Source: a candidate division WOR-3 bacterium
GTDB taxonomy: Bacteria; Hydrothermota; Tepidihabitantia; SM23-42; CAYGYG01
Direction: 5' to 3'
Assembly: GCA_965648915.1 (NCBI GenBank)
Contig: CBFGIV010000009.1
Span: forward strand, 1-62,402
Length of the DNA stretch: 62,402 bases
Positions 59,406 through 62,402 of this stretch are shown one piece after another. Each line of letters begins with the position of its first letter. Position 1 is the stretch's first letter. The notes under the pieces are model-generated. The model was not told the origin of the DNA, searched no databases, and saw only the letters and a program-made list of their open reading frames with translations. The translations under genes and the position numbers were made by a program.

Positions 59406-59443
59406 ATGATAATATAAAATTTATAAACTGTCAAGAGCAACAG
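59406..59443 (-). promoter_or_regulatory. uvrA promoter with overlapping CTGT-N8-ACAG palindrome
   Basis: TTGACA-17-TATCAT; CTGTcaagagcaACAG at 59428-59443. Confidence 0.6.
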
Positions 59444-59530
59444 GTAAAAGGGTAGTGTATAATCGCCGCCGAGTTAGATAATTTTATAATTGACTTATCA
59501 ATCAAAATGGTTAAATTTAAACATACAATT

Positions 59531-60433
59531 ATGTCATTAAAGATCAAAAAAAAGATTAAGCTTACCCGGCCAACTCTCATTGCGGCATGGCCAGGAATGG
59601 GCAATGTGGCCATTGGCGCAATCAGTTATCTGCGCCGAAAACTGAATATGGTCGAGATCGCTGAAATCGACCTGAGTCATATCTACTATCCTGATGCCAT
59701 TCTCGTTGAACAGGGTGTTGGGAGGTTACCCGATTCTCCCCAGAGTATATTTTATGCCAGCATGGAATTTCCCATTGTCGTATATGAGAATGAGATCCAG
59801 TTAGGAGAAGCGGCAGGGTTATCATTAATCAATCTTGCATTGGACTTTGCTCAGCATCTCGAAGTAAAAAAAATAATTACCGTTGCCGCCTTTCCCATCA
59901 ATTCAAGTTATAAAGACCGGTCGTTGGTCTATGGTGTTGGCGGTTCATTTTCCGTTCTTTCCGAACTCAGGCAATTCGGCATCCAGATACTCGACCGGGG
60001 CAGCATTTCTGGTCTCAATGGTTTATTTTTAGGCTATTCCCAGAAAAGGGGTTTTGAGACCTTATGCCTCCTGGCAACCATTCCCTTGTATGCTACAAAC
60101 TTTATCAACCCCCGTGCCTGGCGGGCAATACTCGAAGTTCTGGAAAATATGCTCGGTGTCCGGATTGACCTGACCGAACTCGACCAGCTCGTTGCCGAGA
60201 TCGATCAGAAACTCGAACAGATTGAGATGCAGGTCCAGACATTCATTGAGAATCAAAAATCGACTGAAGAGCCAGACCAGGTCAATCCCCAGATATTGAG
60301 AAGGATTGAACAACTTTTCATTGAGGCCAGAAATAATCGGGACAAGGCCCTGGAGTTAAAAAGACTGCTCGATCGTTATAACCTATTTGAAAGATACGAA
60401 GACCGTTTCCTTGATCTGTTTAAAAAAGAATAA
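59531..60433 (+). CDS. PAC2 (proteasome assembly chaperone-like) family protein
   Basis: LIAAWPGMGNVA, GSISGLNG, CLLATIP, INPRA; C-terminal coiled coil. Confidence 0.8.
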   Translation: MSLKIKKKIKLTRPTLIAAWPGMGNVAIGAISYLRRKLNMVEIAEIDLSHIYYPDAILVEQGVGRLPDSPQSIFYASMEFPIVVYENEIQLGEAAGLSLINLALDFAQHLEVKKIITVAAFPINSSYKDRSLVYGVGGSFSVLSELRQFGIQILDRGSISGLNGLFLGYSQKRGFETLCLLATIPLYATNFINPRAWRAILEVLENMLGVRIDLTELDQLVAEIDQKLEQIEMQVQTFIENQKSTEEPDQVNPQILRRIEQLFIEARNNRDKALELKRLLDRYNLFERYEDRFLDLFKKE

Positions 60434-60437
60434 TCCC

Positions 60438-61673
60438 TCATTCACTCTTCTCTTTTAATGTCCAGACAATATCTTTTTTAAAAACTATATTATAAGGAAA
60501 CCGCACATAGGTCCAGATCTCTTCGCCTTCAGGGGTTATTTGCCAGGTCTCTGGTTCACCCAGACTCAATTTTACCTGTTCCCGATTCATACCCTTAATC
60601 ACCCTTTCCTCAACGATTGCCTGAATGTATTCTGCTGGAGAATTTTTAAAAGTAATTAAAAGTAATTGCAAGACTCGCTCTTCTTCCATTTTTGATTTCA
60701 GGATATTTAATGCCTTACGCCGCAGGGAAATATTCAACGAATCATTGGCAACAATCTCCAGGAGGTCATTATCACTGATCTTTTGTGCAGCAGCATTAGC
60801 CTGACCCGCTACCACAGTATCATTATCCTGGCATAATACTAAGATCATTACTCCACCTTCAACCGTGCCCAGAGACTCAAGCATCTTAATCACGCTCAAC
60901 CGGACCACAGCCATCTCGTCCCGGGCCAGTCGACCAATCGCCCTGACCGCCTTAGTTCCGCCGATTAAGCCGAGGGCCTGGATTGCCTTCTCCCTGACCG
61001 AAAAGTCTTCATCGAATAATAAGGGTTCAAGATAATAGAAACTGGTGGAATCACCAATCCGCCCAAGGGATAATGCCGCATTGGCCCGAACCACAGCAAA
61101 AGAGTCCTTTGTGCCTGCAATCAGGACCGACTGGGATCGACTGTCCCTCAGTTCTCCCAGCGCCCACATCACCTTTGCCCGGTTGATAAAGACTTCATCA
61201 TTTGAGGCATTAATCAAGGGTATCAGAGCCCGGTTATCTCCGATCAAACCCAGTGCCTGAATTGCTTCACCCCGGACCGCATCGTGCCGATCCTGCAGCA
61301 GCTTAATCAATTCCGGGACCGCCTCAACCCCCTTAAGTCTCCCCAGTGTCCTTGCCGCCTCAGCTCGAACTGTAGATTGAGGCTCATTGAGCAATCCGAT
61401 CAGTGGTCCGACTGCTGACTGGCTTCCGATCTCACCCAGTAACTCAATTGCCTTGGTGCGAACATAGGGGTCAAGATTCTTGTCTTTTACTAAATCGAGT
61501 AGACCCGGCACCGCCATCTGCCCGGCCGAAATCAAAACAGCCGATGCCTCTGCCATATTATCCATTGATTTTAAATCCCTAATCCGCCTCTGGACCTCAC
61601 CATCGGTAATTATCACCTGGCTGGACGAAAGGTTAACGAATAATAGAAAAATAATTAACCGCCACCTAACCAA
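60438..61673 (-). CDS. Exported HEAT/PBS-lyase repeat protein with SmpA/OmlA-like tail
   Basis: Signal peptide; VRxxAxxALGxIG repeats; KGMNREQVKLSLGEP...EIWTY. Confidence 0.8.
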   Translation of the reverse strand: MVRWRLIIFLLFVNLSSSQVIITDGEVQRRIRDLKSMDNMAEASAVLISAGQMAVPGLLDLVKDKNLDPYVRTKAIELLGEIGSQSAVGPLIGLLNEPQSTVRAEAARTLGRLKGVEAVPELIKLLQDRHDAVRGEAIQALGLIGDNRALIPLINASNDEVFINRAKVMWALGELRDSRSQSVLIAGTKDSFAVVRANAALSLGRIGDSTSFYYLEPLLFDEDFSVREKAIQALGLIGGTKAVRAIGRLARDEMAVVRLSVIKMLESLGTVEGGVMILVLCQDNDTVVAGQANAAAQKISDNDLLEIVANDSLNISLRRKALNILKSKMEEERVLQLLLITFKNSPAEYIQAIVEERVIKGMNREQVKLSLGEPETWQITPEGEEIWTYVRFPYNIVFKKDIVWTLKEKSE

Positions 61674-61694
61674 AAAATACCTCCGTAAGAAACA

Positions 61695-61722
61695 ATTATA
61701 GAAACTGATTAAAATTTGTCAA
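61695..61722 (-). promoter_or_regulatory. Promoter of the HEAT-repeat gene
   Basis: TTGACA-16-TATAAT, then GGAGGT and TTG start. Confidence 0.8.
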
Positions 61723-61745
61723 CTTTAAATTTACCCACTGTCGGC

Positions 61746-61865
61746 GCACAGCGAAAATGTCCCCTGGTGTGAAGCAAATGCTCTATAGGATTGAATTGAA
61801 TCAGAGGTAGCAATGGTTTTTAGGTCAAAATTAGCTTTATTAACTGCACAGCGAAAATGTCCCCT
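61746..61865 (+). repeat. Perfect 20-bp direct repeat GCACAGCGAAAATGTCCCCT (61746-61765 and 61846-61865)
   Basis: Two identical copies exactly 100 bp apart. Confidence 0.9.
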
Positions 61866-61910
61866 TCCTCTTTTGAGAGAATCTGGTTATAATCTTTCAA
61901 AGGAGGAAAT

Positions 61911-62402
61911 TTGGTTAAGCCGAGTGTTTTGCAAAGAAAGGCGGGTGATCGGGTTATTATGTTCAGCGATGTAAAAAGGGGTCTTATCACTCTTAAACAA
62001 GCCAGTGAGATGCTAAAGATTTCTTATCGTCAGGCCAAAAGGCTCTGGAAGAAGTTTAAGCTGGGTGGTCCAATGGCTCTCCTGCCGAAAAAACGAAGCA
62101 AAGCACCATGGAACAAGACCCCGGTGGGGCTTAAGTTAAGGGTAATCAGTTTTAAAAAGCAATATCCCGAGGTCAACTGTGCCCACCTGGCCGATTTATT
62201 TAGAGAGGAAGGGATTGAGATTTGCCGCGAAACGGTCCGCCGGATCTTATCTCAAGCCCAACTCCATTTTCCCCACCAGAAGCATAAACGTCGACCAAGG
62301 AAACGATTTGAAGCCGAAAAAGCCGGTAAACTGGTCCAGATAGATACTTCACCTTTTCATTGGATCCCGGCTATTAATAAAGAGTTGAAGTTAATTTTGG
62401 AT
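61911..62402 (+). CDS. Transposase, 5' part (HTH domains and start of the DDE domain)
   Basis: AGGAGG+TTG; TLKQASEMLKISYRQAKRL, CRETVRRIL, RKRFEAEKAGKLVQIDTSPFHW. Confidence 0.85.
   Translation, partial: MVKPSVLQRKAGDRVIMFSDVKRGLITLKQASEMLKISYRQAKRLWKKFKLGGPMALLPKKRSKAPWNKTPVGLKLRVISFKKQYPEVNCAHLADLFREEGIEICRETVRRILSQAQLHFPHQKHKRRPRKRFEAEKAGKLVQIDTSPFHWIPAINKELKLILD

Larger units (their letters stand above)
61739..62402 (+). mobile_element. Left end of an IS1202/ISNCY-like insertion sequence (runs off the window)
   Basis: TGT terminus at 61739, sub-terminal 20-bp repeats, DDE transposase ORF. Confidence 0.75.

Noticed and set aside
61700..61738. Xer recombination site next to the IS end
   Set aside because: No XerC/XerD arm resemblance; the sequence is explained by the HEAT-gene promoter
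61746..61865. 20-bp direct repeat as a CRISPR array
   Set aside because: Only two copies, an 80-bp gap, no cas genes; explained as IS end motifs

Overview
Core chromosomal region of a moderately AT-rich, probably diderm anaerobic bacterium. Gene content (T9SS-type C-terminal sorting domains, PorX-like REC-PglZ regulator, PAC2, DUF763, two-subunit fumarase, tandem ThyX) suggests an FCB-related lineage such as candidate phylum WOR-3, which is inference only. In order: MNT-HEPN pair, DUF763, a two-gene PNAG-like exopolysaccharide module, tRNA-fMet, a cyclase-STAND-TPR gene with a membrane partner, iscU/thyX, a complete dcw cluster (with an inserted STAS gene, a frameshifted rsmH and a miniature ftsQ), a secreted beta-propeller, ddl, a long minus-strand run tig-clpP-clpX-GT9-like-diguanylate cyclase-histidine kinase-PorX-like-folK-dNK, tRNA-Leu, ROK kinase and GlmU-like genes, a small atypical islet, tandem pilB-pilB-pilT, fumarase alpha/beta, HD-GYP, uvrA, PAC2, a HEAT-repeat gene and the left end of an IS1202-like element. 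Features read by hand that the ORF track misses: a 57-aa four-CxxC protein, two collapsed pseudogenes, the out-of-frame rsmH tail and the partial transposase. Most notable signals: a 16-bp -35/-10 spacer bias with many leaderless genes, two PilB motors differing in their c-di-GMP-binding (MshEN) motif, a coupled DGC/HK/PorX nucleotide-signalling module, a non-phosphorylatable STAS protein in the dcw operon, and a switch-like tig leader. No CRISPR array, rRNA or prophage was seen, and no system here is proven novel from sequence alone.
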